A DNA stretch of 64,000 nucleotides from Carcharhinus amblyrhynchos (Eukaryota). The stretch spans positions 65,100,001 through 65,164,000 of the forward strand of contig OZ336882.1 in the NCBI GenBank assembly GCA_965287045.1. Reading direction: 5' to 3'. The position numbers were made by a program, and so were the translations under genes. Below the pieces are notes generated by a model that was given only the letters and a program-made list of their open reading frames with translations, ran no database searches and was not told where the DNA came from. This document shows positions 25,288 to 36,844 of this stretch, piece after piece (positions within the stretch are counted from its first letter, which is position 1; each line of letters opens with the position of its first letter).

Positions 25288-25635
25288 TCCAGGCTGCCTC
25301 TCCCCTGCAGTACTGAAGGAGCACTGCATTGGCAGCTATACTATCTTTCAGTGACACAATAAACAAGGCTCCTTCTGTTGGCTGGAAGGATTTTAAGGAT
25401 TCCAGATTATCACTCAAAGAGAAGCAAGTGGTTCTCCGTTGCTACACTGGCCTCAATCCCACACCATGACAAACAGATTAACCTGTCATCCATCTTACTG
25501 TTTCTTGTGGGGCCTTGCTAGCCACAAAATGGCTGCCCCATCCTCCTGCATGGCAGGCACAACTGCACATCAAATTAATCACATACAGATTTTGCATGTT
25601 TCTCGGAGAGGCACATAGAAATGCAAATCTGTTTC
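25288..25635 (+). mobile_element. DeuSINE/SacSINE1-like old SINE
   Basis: CAGTACTGAAGGAGCACTGCA..TGTGGGGCCTTGCT..AAAATGGCTGCC..TAGAAATGCAA pattern shared with the 27634, 36845/38804 and 61330 copies. Confidence 0.6.
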
Positions 25636-25699
25636 CTCCCGCCTCAGGCCGGGGACTATAGTTCCGCGCTGATCAACACTGATCCAACACCTCAACCAC

Positions 25700-25985
25700 G
25701 TGATTTTCTTGTATTTGTGAATTAGCCACCAGGAGACTATTCAACCCAAGCAGCATCACAACCAAGTTCAACTCTGTGTTTAGCCAATACCTGTACATGG
25801 GCACTTGCCAGAAGGATAACGATCAGAAGTGGAAATGCGGACGAACCTTTCTGACTATACCCTGTGGACGTTGAGACTAACTCTATCTGACTGAAGATGA
25901 GAGCAGCAAGCAAGTACAGACCAGAGTTTGAACGTAGGATTTTCTGGTCCGTTCCACACTGGGTAGAGCAGTTAGGCAGCTGCAA
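25700..25985 (-). mobile_element. Old tRNA-derived SINE (third family); similar fragments near 14650, 15440, 17340, 43000, 50950, 56090
   Basis: GAGATCAGCTAACTCAGCACAGAC-like motif (here AAGATGAGAGCAGCAAGCAAGTACAGACCAGAG) and a B-box-like TTTGAAC on the minus strand. Confidence 0.4.
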
Positions 25986-26485
25986 TAATAATGCTCTGGC
26001 ATTTGACACTGATTGTAAATGTTGCGATTTTCCATGGAAAATCAAGGTCCTAGGGGTTGTTCAAAGTGCACATTTATCCAGATTAAGGGCAGTATCTTTC
26101 AAAGTTAAACATGACCAGAATCATTTCAGAATCTTCAGATCTCCCAAAAACATTACTGCACCTCCCTCTGGTTTCCTTTGACAGTCTTCCTCTCTCGCTG
26201 CCAAACGTTACAAATTTCTATTTTGTTTCAGAGGATTGTTTTGGATATTGCTTTTCATTTTGAGCAGCACATACTATAGGAGGAGCTAAAATCCCCTCCC
26301 TTAGGCACTGGCATCAAGCAAAGGTGTCAAGTAAAAGTTACACAGAAGTGGTACATTCCTTTTAATAGGGTTTATAGATGTGGAAGTGCTACCAAGCAGG
26401 CCCTACTGATACCAGCTCCAACCAATTCAATGTTCAACCCAACATTAGTCATAGGCAATCAGCCAAAATTGACACAATATGGGTC

Positions 26486-26823
26486 CATAGAACCCTACAG
26501 TGCAGAAAGAGGCCCTTTGGCCCATCAAGTCTGCACCGACCACAATCCCATTCAGGCCCTACTCCCATATCCCTACATATTATTACCTGCTAATCCCTCT
26601 AACCTAAGCATTTTAGGACACTAAGGGGCAATTTTAGCTTGGCCAATCAACCTAATCCGCACAGCTTTGGACTGTGGGAGGAAACCGGAGCACCCGGAGG
26701 AAACCTGTGCAGACACGAGAAGAACATGCAAACTCCACACAGACAGTGACCCGAGCCGGGAATCAAACACAGGTCCCTGGAGCTGTGAAGCAGCAGTGCT
26801 TACCACTGCACTACTGTGCCGCC
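26486..26823 (-). mobile_element. HE1-type V-SINE, full length
   Basis: Reverse-complement head (GGCGGCACAGTAGTGCAGTGGTAAGCACTGCTGC), V-domain and TTCTATG tail. Confidence 0.92.
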
Positions 26824-27308
26824 CCTTTTTATTCATTCTATCCCGAGATATGGGCGTCGCTGGCTAAGCCAGCATCAATGCCACTTTATAAAGCAGTTCA
26901 GCAGAATCACCATCCACTGAGCCACACCATAACCTCTGATTTCTGGTGCAAGTGCAAATGGCCAGAAGTTGCAGTGTCATTGTGACTCTCAATAGAGGCC
27001 AATGTCGCAGCATTGACCACTACAGGGACCACAAAACTTAGGGTTTTTTTCAAACATGTCAAGCACATATTTCTGTTGGGTTTTATTGCAATAATTGGCA
27101 ATGTTGTATCTTGCTCCTTTATCAGATTGTCTCAAGCTTTCATAAGCAATAAGCATTAAATTGATTAGTAAGGCAACACATCTTCGAGATGCAATTTGTA
27201 GTATGCATTAACAAACATGCTCAGGATCTGTTAATAACATTTTTAACACAGCAACTACAATTTCAAGAGACATTGTATGCTGCTGAGTTCAGGTGCCAGC
27301 CATGTTTC

Positions 27309-27940
27309 AGTTCGTAACACTCACATCTTTTAAGTCAGGAGGCACGATGTCACCGTGGTTAGCACTGCTGTCTCACAGCGCCACGGATTAGGGTTCAATT
27401 CCCAGCTTGGGTCACTATCTGTGTGGAGTTTGCACATTCTCCCCGTATCTGTATATGTTTCCTCCAGGTGCTCCAGTTTCCTCCCACATTCAAAAGACAT
27501 GCTGGTTAGGTGCATTGGCCATGCCAAATTCCCCCTCAGTGTACCTGAAGTGTGGCAACTAGGAGATTTTCACAGTAACTTCATTGCACTGTTAATGTAA
27601 GCCTACCTGCGACACTAATAAATAAACTTAAACATGTGAGTTCGAACCCCACTCCAGATACCTGAGCACATTATCTAGACTGGCAGTCCAGTGCAGTGCT
27701 GAGGGGATGCAACATTGTTGGAGCTACTGTCCTTTGGATAAGATGTTGAATCTGTCTGCCATCTCCAGTGGATGTAAAAAAAACCCCACAGCATTTTGTG
27801 ATGAACAGTTGCTCCAGTTTCCTAAACCCATGCAAATTGGCTGCTAAGTTTCCTACATTGCAGCCATGACTGCATTTCAAAAGTATTTAATTGTCTATAG
27901 AGAGATTGTGAAGATGCTCTGTAATTGCAAATTCCTCCTT
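27309..27940 (+). mobile_element. DeuSINE/SacSINE1-like SINE, split by the V-SINE at 27341-27633
   Basis: Head GTAACACTCACATCTTTTAAGTCAGGA resumes after the insert as TGTGAGTTCGAACCCCACTCCAGA, then CAGTGCTGAGGG..CAAATTGGCTGC..AAAGTATTTAATTG. Confidence 0.65.
27341..27633 (+). mobile_element. V-SINE with HE1-like head and core but a non-CR1 (Rex1-like) tail
   Basis: Matches HE1 up to CATGCCAAATTCCCCCTCAGTGT, then TTTTCACAGTAAC..TACCTGCGACACTAATAAATAAACTT. Confidence 0.8.
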
Positions 27941-30900
27941 TGCTGTACACATATATATGTATATAGTGGTAAATTTAATTTGTGATAGATTTTCTGTATG
28001 AATGTTATTTCCCAGCTTTGAAATATTTACCTAGAGTCTCTCATTTTATTGTATCAAAATTATCTCCTTTTTTGTTTTGATAATCTTTACCACCACTTGT
28101 GTCTGGTGTAATCCTAATCAGTGAATGCCATCAGGCAATTTTGCTATGAGTGTCAGTTTGTGATTGCTCAATTTATGCAAATTTTGTTCTTCTACTCTCT
28201 GCCAAAATTATGTGCCATCCGGTCTTGGACATATATCGCCACACACTCTGAGAATAAATTCAGTCACGGAAGACATCATAGTCAAGCCTGATCTCATCCC
28301 CAGTCCAATGACTAATGAACTCTGAGATATCAATTTATTGATCAGGAGAATACTACAGTCCAAGGTCGCAAACACTGCTTACAAATGTGGACCATACGCC
28401 CATCTAATCCATCTGTCCGTGCATCCTGAGACATACAAGGAGGGGGTAGGGCACTGTCAGAAATTCTGCTCTTCCAATGAAATGTGAAACTTTTCTGTGC
28501 TTCAGCTGAACACTAAGGACTTCCCAGCCCTAAGGAGACAGGTTTGAAGGTGAGGGGTGTGGGGAGGGGGAGCGGTGGGGAGGCATAAGCATGAAAGGCC
28601 ACACCATCCACCCTCTGGAGGGGTTTCTGTTCTGCCCCAAAGCTTTCAATCCACCCCAGTTTTTAATTTAATTATCACCTCCAAGAGTTCCTGCATGCTG
28701 AGTCACAGTCACAGTCCTTTTCTTGGTGAAGCTGCCAAGGCTCCAGAGCTGCTGGGACTATGACTGGGCCGACCACTTCAATTTGGCGATACAGGTGAAG
28801 ACAGCCAATTAGGAAGGTTGAGCTGACAAGGAAAACATGGCCAATCGGGACCCCCCATTTGATCTTTGCGATGGGGCTCCCAAAGCCCCAGGGAAAACTC
28901 TGTTCTAAAGATACCAAAACACTCTTCAAAGAACAGCAAGTTTTCCTTATGACTCAGGTCAGCGGTCTTCTTTCAACCCACACTAAACGAGATGAACGGG
29001 TCATTCATCCCATTGCTTTCAGCGGGACTTTGCTGTCTGATCAGTCATTACCATAGATGTTTACCTAAATAATAATATTGAACTAATTCATTGTTGGAAT
29101 GTTTTTAAGAGATAGGTTCAGTATCTGTATCAAAGCACATCCTTCCTTCCTCCTTTCATTATTAAACATGTACAGCCTAGAAATTGTTCTTGGCAGGATC
29201 AGCTTACAGATGTATTCAGTGTTTATTCACTAATATCCCTCAAAGTAATTTCTAGGCTATATTGGACAGAGTAATAAGTTGGGATGAATACCCATTACTG
29301 TGCTCTGTAAAACAGAAAGTTAATGGGGTTAAACTGTAAGGTGCGGAAAAACTGCATCACTGATTTATATAATTTTAGTCTTTTTTAAACACAATGCATT
29401 TTTGAAGCCCATCCCCATCCTCCACGCTGATGCCCAAAAGGAAGAATCAGTGTATCAGTCTCAGCTTTCTGAATGACCAGCTGGTCCCTGTATTTCAACA
29501 CCAGACATATGGAGATGAGACAGGCCTGGTGGCAAAGCACAAGCCTGACCGAGTAATCAATTACATGTAATAACCATGCAACCTCACGGCAACCATCCAT
29601 TTCCACACAACGTTACAGCGGCCCACCACAATAACACACTGGACTGAAAGGCAGTACACACCTGACTCTCCGCTTTTACACAGAAATCCATATTTATTAG
29701 CCCCAAGTTTTAAACCAACCTTCTGTTGCTATGGATACCCCCAGCACTGTCTGTTTAACCTTATTAACCCTTGCCAGCATTTGACATCTCGACAACCTCC
29801 ATTACCTTCCAATATTGAACAGTATGCTTGAAATAAAAATAATGGCCTCCTTTTTACTTCCCTCTTTTAAACTGGTAATCTTTGCGGTCAATCTGAGATG
29901 GCCTGAAATGCACTCCAGGATCAATAAGCTCTCATTGCACGAAGGGGTGAAAGTAGGCCAGCACTGTTTAATCTGGGAGGCCTGCCTAATAGAAGACCAT
30001 GGTAAGGCATTTATCACCAGGCCAATCACAAACTTCAACATTTTCTTGCGCATTCCCCTTTCTAATTGGGCAGGGTATATAAACAGCTTAGTGCCCATTT
30101 TTCCCCTCTGCCAAATTTGAATTTCGCCCACAAAGTCTCATCAATCCAGTTACATTCCATGAATTTGAGAGCTGATGGACCTGCCCCTGAACAATATGAA
30201 GAGATTCATTTCAACTTAAAGTGCTGATGTTTTGAGCTAACCCATTGTTCTGTGCACCGACCCTTCTGAGCCACCCAACAGTTTTCTTACTTTATCATGG
30301 AACTGATTGCCCTTTATCCATTTTCTGAATAAGAATTCACCAAGTCCTTTTCATTTCAAACTTTGCCGTGGTTTTCTGTCACACCTCCCCAGAATCTGTA
30401 CCATTTTTCTATTTCCCTCCCACTAATAAAGAAGTTGCCTTATTTGTCCATTTTCTCTGGCGTCCTTAATTTTATAATGTGTCCCTAGTTGTTGGCCACA
30501 ATTCTCCCACCATTCATGCCCCGCCACCACTGCCAGCAAGGATGGAGAATTTGGTGCTCATTGGCATGAACGGTCAGAGAATCCTGCTCAATGAATCCAA
30601 CTATCAGCCAACTGCCTAAATCATCCATCAAGTTCCCCCATCCTCTTTGAGTGAAGTTCCAGGATAGCCCAATTTTCCTCATGCTGCAACTTTCAAAGTT
30701 AAGGAGTTAGCTCCATCAGCCTTCTCAGGACCTAATAATTCCCTGCAATCTGGAGATCACAGTCCTGTATTAATAAGGACAGAACAACTTCAACATCTCC
30801 TCCTCAGACACATCCACATCTATCCAATGTTATATCGCTTTCATAACTGCCTGCAAATAATAATTTCAAGGACTTATTGAAATATCTCTGGATCACTGTC

Positions 30901-31199
30901 CTGCTCTTAACCATGTTTGGTGGAATGTTCCCGTCCCACTCGCCACAGGAATCATAGCAGGCAGGACATGGACCTTTGCAGACCGTGCTCGCCCCAAGGC
31001 CAGAAATTCCCACCTGTTATGAGATAATCGCCATTCTCACTTCTATCCAACTCCCTGGTTTGTGTTGAACTCCTCCTGCCAGCTGACCTGACCTGTGCAA
31101 ATCAAACTGGATTTGTGGTTGCTTTCATTGGCCTTTGCACCTAATTGCATTCACAAGCTTAGACACTTTGGAGTGTCCATTCCCCAAATCATTTCTATT

Positions 31200-31588
31200 A
31201 CTTTATTCTTTCAATGGGAGTGAGTGTCTCTGGAAAAGCTGGCATTTCTTGCCCGTTCTTAATTGCCCTTGAACCAAGTGGCTTGCCACTTCAGAAGGCA
31301 TTTCTGAGTCAACCACATTGCTGCGGTCTGGAGTCACATGTAAGCCAGACCAGATAAGGATGGCAGATTTCCTTCCCTGAATGACATTAGTGAACCAGAT
31401 AGATTTTGATGACAATCAATATTCTATTATTCCTGAGATGAGCTTTTCAATTCCATGGGTTTTTTTAATTTATTGAATTTGAATTCCATTAGCTACCATT
31501 GTGGGATTTGAACGCATGTCCCCAGAGAATTAGTCTGGGCTTGAGGATTACAAGTTCAGTGATGTTACCACTATGCCACCATCTCCCT
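31200..31588 (-). mobile_element. Old tRNA-derived SINE (second family)
   Basis: GAGTCAACCACATTGCTG.GGTCTGGAGTCACATGTA..AAGGATGGCAGATTTCCTTCCCT..GTGGGATTTGAAC (B box, reverse complement). Confidence 0.75.
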
Positions 31589-33639
31589 GATGAGTGTGAC
31601 ATTAGGGACCACATATTTCTCTTGTCAGTTGAGAATAATCAATCAATTACCAACAGAAGTTGGGCCAATTGCATGACTTCCAGCTCTATAATTATTTTCG
31701 CAAAAGATCCATCCACTCCAAGGTAAATATACCCCAAACTGAAACTGGCCCAAATAATCACAGCAAAACAACTTAACTGATTTGCATACCTTTTGAGTAA
31801 ATCTTGATTGAATTACTTTTCACCAGTAATCATTTCACTAAAATCACTCAAATATTGCATTTTTAAAAAGAAAACAAATGCAAATTCCTTTTCAATGTTA
31901 CGGGTTTACTACAATTAATTTTCTGGTTTCCACATAAATTTGCCTGAATAAATTAATCATTAAAACATTTGGCCAGCAATATGAAATTAAACTTTTAAAG
32001 AGGGACTTTCATTAGAGTTGAAGAAAAATGTAATTTTGTCTTCACAATTTCAGATGTTCTTTAAATCTTTACCATTTTTGTAAGGGTATATTATATAAAT
32101 TATTCTTCACAGTGTAGCTGGAAGTTACTGCCTTATAAAACCATCTAGCAGTAAATTAGAGAGTAACTAAGAGATTTACTGTTATCAAGGAGTTTATCCA
32201 TGTGTGTAGCAATGGATTCCAAAGCATCTCCCAAAATGCTCTGTTCCATAAACACGGTACTTCATGCTCATGTGGGAATTCAAGGTATAAGTTCCTCACC
32301 AAGTGGCTATTCTTGGAGTGTGAGCCACTGGGCCTGATTCCAACGTTGTGTAAGTGAATGGGTTTAAGTAGATTAAAATCTCACTTGCTTTGCATGTGTC
32401 TCATTAGGTATGCAACTAAACAGCCAGGTCTGACATATCTGACCTAATGTTCATATGTACTCACTTCTGGAGTCTTGAGCAAGAACCTGGCTGAGGAAGA
32501 ATTGGGGTGATTTGGTGGAGGTGCATAGCCTAGTATAGGGGGCATGAGGGGGTCCTTTTGAATTTGCAATTCCAAAGGTTATCTCACGCAAACTATGTTT
32601 TATGACACCTCTGAGGGGCTGTGAACCACGATACTTTGGAAAGTTGGGCCGCACTACAAAAATTATGGAGGATTAGAATATGTCTTCCTCAACAACAGAA
32701 GCAGCCAGGTCAGGACTGCAGTATGCCAGCCCATGAACCAAACCCACCCCCTTTAAAAGACCCTGTAGAAAATCACAAGTCCCAGGAATGGGGTCAGAAA
32801 TCCTAGAATTGATGCCCACCTACATTTTTAGAGGGTTCATGAGTCATCCGGACTCAGTGAAAATCCAAACCCACAATTCCACTGAATATGAAAAAAAGTT
32901 TTCATGGACTCATATGGTTTGCATCCTATTTCAATCTATTTACTGTGCTACTAAAAGTACCTTCTTCGGAACTTTGAATGGCACTATTTAGGCCTTAATT
33001 TATTGCACGTGTATGTATATAGATCTAAATATATGTTTGTGTGTTCATGCATGTGCATGTCTGCATCTGTGTGTACATCTGTATATATTTAAAAGTCTAT
33101 GTATATCTGGGTATGAGCATTAATGGCTGTGTGTGTGTCTGTTTGTGGTTGAGTGGGTGCGCTTGTGTGCACGTGTCTATATCTGTGCACCTGGACATAT
33201 ATATGTCAGTGACCCTTATTCCCCAACACCTGCCAACCCAGACTTCTGCAAGAAAATCATTTTCAAATTAATTTCATTTCTCCTTGGAACAGAATCAAAC
33301 TTAATCTTGTTCTTACCCAATGGCCACACACAAATACAACCCAGCAGTGGGGAATGAAGAGGAATAAAAACCTTTCACTTTTTATTTCCCTCTCGCCCAA
33401 GGATGCAATGACCAATTTGAGCTTTGCAGTCGATCAGCTAATTCAGGTAGAATGGGGTTAGGACAGAGGAACTTGTGCTTTGTGGACATCCAAAAAGTCA
33501 CTTTGTTTTGAAAAAAAATAGCAAGTTGATTTCTCTGTTCAGTGAAATATTTAGCACTGGACTTGCAATACCTCCATCCTAGGATTGCAAGGTAATAAGG
33601 CAGGGTTAGTACAATACTTATTGTCTTGAAATGCCATCA

Positions 33640-33955
33640 AGAACACAAAGAACCATTCGGCCCCTCGCCCTTCCTGAACCATCTGATAAAGTCATGTCTG
33701 ATCTGATTGTGATCTCAACTCCACTTTCCTGCCTGCCCACCACTCACATAACCTTTGACTCCCTTGCAGAACAAAAATCGATCTAACTTAGCCTCAAAGC
33801 TATTCAGTGACCCAGCCTCCACTACTCCCTGAGTTCCACAGACTCACAACACTCAGAGAAAAGAATTCTCCCTCATCACCATCTTTAAATGGGGGACCTT
33901 AATTTTTGAACTGTGTCCCCGGTTCCAGTCTCCCACACGAGGGGAAACATCACAA
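33640..33955 (-). mobile_element. CR1 LINE 3' end
   Basis: CCATTCGGCCCCTCG..CTGATCTGATT..TTCCACAGACTCACAAC..GAATTCTCCCTCATC, antisense of the CR1 ORF2 end and UTR. Confidence 0.7.
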
Positions 33956-34149
33956 GAAGTCTTTATGTTTCCTTGTGCTGCTGGACCACAGCACCACTGC
34001 TGGCCAATACAAGCTATTGAGTACATCAGGCACCCGAGTTTCCACCTGGCAGCTCACTCATCCGCATTGACCCACATACTAATCCCCCTCTCCCTGCTTT
34101 CAGAAAATAAATATTGCATGTCTTGTTGAAACTTTGAAACTTTAGATCC

Positions 34150-34335
34150 ACATTCATGACAATATTTGGTCCATCATGCATTTCCTGGCACTAACTCTTC
34201 ATCCTTTCCCTGTCCTACCTCTTTCCCTTCTTCTATTACGTGATGCACTATCCAAATCCCTGCTCATTAGCATTTTCGTCATTATCTCATCAGCCACTTG
34301 TGGCAAAGCATTCCATGTTCTAATTGCTCTCTCAT
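34150..34335 (-). mobile_element. Old CR1 fragment
   Basis: Minus-strand ORF contains FFYERAIRTWNALPQ..SRDLD. Confidence 0.65.
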
Positions 34336-35472
34336 AGAAAAATACTATTGCGACTCCCTCTTCATTCATCCAGTGATAATCTGCAGTCTTTGCCCCATGC
34401 AGGCACCCTTCTGCTGTTGCTGGCACTCTGGCAACTGCAGTGTAACTGTAGTGTAAACGGGAGCTGCAGTCTGAGGCAGCCCTGTCAAATGTGCTGGTGT
34501 TTTCATGTTGTTGACAAGCCACAGGGAAAACGAGAGTCAGACAGAGACCTATGGCCTACCAGCTCCATTCTCCCTGCATTTGCTTGCAGTGCACTGCTGG
34601 TGCCTATTAGGCCCATCAGAAGCCTGCATTTGGCTCCCGTGGCAGCAATTCAGATGGCAACTTCTTTGTGTGCCTTCAGTGATAGGATTTGCCGTGGTAA
34701 TAACTCAGTTAGTGCGTTATCACAATAAAACTACCATAAATTCAGCCGTCACAGAAGGCCTCAATCCTCAAGTTCTAACAGAATTCCCGAGGGCAGATAC
34801 AGTTTTCTGTTCTTTCTCGGAATACTGTGGATCCAGTGTGTTTCCCCTCTTGGCTGTCCAATTATTTAAAGTGCTTAATCTCCTTTGTGAGGTGTTTACA
34901 TAAATGTAGGTTTTCTCTAATGGATTAGCAGGCATGCTTCAGATGCTGCTTTCCTCGGGATATTCCCCAATTCCCACATGTTTCAGGAGGCCCTCCCGTG
35001 TAACCAGAGCCTTTGTCTCTGTTAATTAGGGACATTAAGCACTGCCTAATAAAGAAGATTCAAACTCCAATTCAGATGGAAAACAAAACTGAGAGGAAGC
35101 TTTGATGGGCTTTAACATTCCCCAGGATCTTCTGAACATCGCTGGGAACCTTCGCCTGATTGATCTAATGACCACTGTCCAGTAAGATCTGTACTCCATC
35201 AATGCCAGAGGGCTCCCTTAAGCTATCCTAACAATCAGTTCCAATATTAAATACACAGGGCAGTAACTAAATCAGCCTTGTGATGGATATGTATATTAAA
35301 AACCATGCCATGCCATCAGTGATATCACCCCATAAGGCTCTGGGATCACAGTGTTAGGAGACACAAGTGTCAGTCAGATTTGTGAGTTATTAAAAACAAA
35401 CTGGGCTCCTCCAGGGGACACAGACTGCAACGGTTCAAAAAGGCAGCTCAGCAGCACTTTCTCCATGGCAAA

Positions 35473-35549
35473 AGCGCTCTGAAAGCTAGTGGCGTTTGCT
35501 ACCAAATAAACCTGTTGGACTTTAACCTGGTCTTGTGAGACTTCTTACT
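35473..35549 (+). mobile_element. Penelope pLTR terminal fragment (3' half of hammerhead)
   Basis: AGCGCTCTGAAAGCTAGTGGCGTTTGCTACCAAATAAACCTGTTGGACTTTAACCTGG..GAGACTTCTTAC matches 4649-4724. Confidence 0.88.
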
Positions 35550-35663
35550 GAAATTCTGGTCCAGCCAGCGATGCCTGGACCCTGAATAAAGAACAGTTCA
35601 TTGCTTAGTCTGTTGTAGGGGTTGTGAAGGCACTGTGATTGTTGTGTCTGTGTGAGTCAGTCA

Positions 35664-35700
35664 TTCACCTGACGAAGGGACAAACCTGAAAGCTAGTGAG
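35664..35700 (+). ncRNA. Apparently intact minimal type-I hammerhead ribozyme
   Basis: TTCAC-CTGACGA-AGG/GACAAA/CCT-GAAA-GCTA^GTGAG: stem I TTCAC:GTGAG, stem II AGG:CCT, palindromic AGCT for stem III, predicted cleavage after CUA (35695). Confidence 0.75.
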
Positions 35701-35754
35701 TTTACTATCAAATAAATCGGTTGGACTTAAACCTGGTGTTGTCAGACTTTTTAC
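35664..35754 (+). mobile_element. 91-bp Penelope pLTR insertion (hammerhead + terminus) with 7-bp TSD
   Basis: Homologous to 4631-4724; TCAGTCA at 35657-35663 and 35755-35761. Confidence 0.85.
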
Positions 35755-36760
35755 TCAGTCAGCTGATCTCAACCCTGGGAGTAGCTGGAGCCGCGTGCTG
35801 GCCTGAGTGTTCCTGAGTTGGAGAGGAGGGGAATGAGTTGTGGGGTTAGAAGGGAATGGAAAGTGCACGACATGAAAAGGGTAAAACTGTCAGATTCTTC
35901 AAGGTTTGGTACCCAGTTTCGACCCATTATTCACCAAAAAGCAGTGATTCGAGGAGGAGGGGAGGGAACTCTCAGGAGAGAATTAATGGGGAAAAGTCTT
36001 CACAAAAATTCTTTTTTCCCCCAGGAGGGAGCAGTGGTCTGTACTATCATCATGGGAATGTCCCATGCAAATAAGGTGCTCGAACACAAATGTCATACTA
36101 AGTTGTTAAATGAGTAAAGAAAATGTTTTTTTCCCTAAGTAAAGACAGAGTTCTTTTAAAAGCAATAAGGCAACTTGAATGTTCAAACTTCAAGTAATAG
36201 GTATAAACTGACTGGAGTATTCAGCATCTCAGTCATGTTGCTATCTCCATTCCTTTGTAAGAATTTTATAGCACAGAGGTGCAGATGTCCAGGGATCCCT
36301 TTTCCTGCTGTACTGCACAGTTATCTGAGTTTCCAGACATGGGGCTGTGAATATCCCACTGGTTAAGGCCACTGGTTTTAGTAAAAAGAGGGAGCTAGTC
36401 CCACACCTTTCCACCTTGGGCCTCCCTGGCACAATGGTCATTGACTCCCCAGGTAGATGGTAAAAAGGGAGCAGCAAGTCATTCAACTGAATCAAAAAGT
36501 TCTGGTAAAGTGTAAAACCACACCACAACTCTGTAACCAAAGGCTCAGTCATGATATCCAAACACCAGTATCGATGCCAAGTGTTCTTTCTGTTCAATGC
36601 TGTGTTTGCTGGGATTGAGTTGGAGGTTCAGCATCACTAACACCGCTTTCACTTTTCAGGTGAGAACACTTCCCACACTCAGAGAATGTGGAACTTGGCA
36701 CTGGCCACAATACTGATTTTACCTATAACTAGTCTGTCTGGTTTTGGACTTGGCGGTGTT

Positions 36761-36781
36761 GGGGGGGGGGGGGGGGGGGGG
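36761..36781. repeat. poly-G (21)
   Basis: Homopolymer. Confidence 0.98.
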
Positions 36782-36844
36782 TAGTTGGGGAAAGGTGGCA
36801 ATTTATTTCAAAGTCAACCAAGCATGTGCATTTTTCAAAAAAGT

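Noticed and set aside
36627-36646. REST/NRSE-like TTCAGCATCACTAACACCGC
   Set aside because: Four mismatches, including loss of the essential GG of GGACAG.
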